From Phoronis australis (taxonomy: Eukaryota > Animalia > Phoronida), in contig NMRA01000429.1 of the NCBI GenBank assembly GCA_002633005.1, positions 62,001-126,000 on the forward strand: a DNA stretch of 64,000 nucleotides. Reading direction: 5' to 3'. Positions 63,433 to 64,000 of this stretch are shown one piece after another. The notes below the pieces were generated by a model. It did no database searches. It was not told the origin of the DNA and saw nothing but the letters and a program-made list of their open reading frames with translations. Position 1 is the stretch's first letter. Every line of letters starts with the position of its first letter. The position numbers were made by a program, and so were the translations under genes.

Positions 63433-64000
63433 CTTAGAACAGAGACAGACGGTGCTTAAAATCAAGGTGTGCAAACTGTTGTTCGAAATATACAGTTAGT
63501 TGTTGCCATTATAAAATCCACAACTTTCTCTATCACCAGAATTTGCACCCCTTTCTCAGTAGGTAAGTTCCACTAAAATGACAGGATCTAGGTATGCGTA
63601 AGGTGCCTGTATTAAATGTAAATGAGCTTTAATTAATGTTTCAAAGTTTACTCACTCTTGAAACGTCTCGTAAAGTTGGCATCAGATGGCGTTGCCAAAA
63701 AAACCTGACCAATTTTAATTGTCATGTGGGGACTTTTTTGAAAACAAAAGCAAAAACACCACGTCACCGCAGCAATAACAACAGAACCAATTATATGATT
63801 TTTTTTCTAATCAGTAGAAGGACCCGTTTTGATAAAATTATGCAAACAATTTCAGACGTTTCGTTTGACATAAAAACTCGAGTAATTCCTATCATCGTCC
63901 TTCTCGCGTTTCACTGTCGCCAGTTGGGCATCGTTAAGCTGGATTATACAAAGGGCAGTCCACACACATTTGCATATAAACTATTCATACCAGCGTTTGC

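Overview
Eukaryotic, AT-rich, intron-rich genomic DNA, most likely from an invertebrate animal. It is not prokaryotic, and most ORFs in the track are exon fragments or noise. Manual splicing gives two minus-strand multi-exon genes. Gene A (26544->12, 19 non-redundant exons, ~3.48 kb CDS with consistent intron phases) encodes a single-pass receptor: Tie-type Ig1, an inserted kringle, Tie-type Ig2, three Tie-type EGF repeats, six FN3 repeats, an RPTP-type juxtamembrane domain with a furin-like basic site, and a TM helix. Its signal-peptide exon was not found and its cytoplasmic part lies beyond position 1. Gene B (63432->56081, 8 exons) is the 3' end of a tandem-domain receptor protein tyrosine phosphatase: the D1 tail, a degenerate D2, and a C-terminal YANF. 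The rest is mostly transposon debris: Penelope-like fragments forming a ~0.9 kb inverted repeat, Kolobok/THAP elements, EnSpm-like and Harbinger-like non-autonomous elements, a 3-copy MITE, Helentron-like repeats, LINE fragments, a SINE and microsatellites. Three single-N joins are flanked by near-identical duplicates and are probably uncollapsed allelic contig overlaps.
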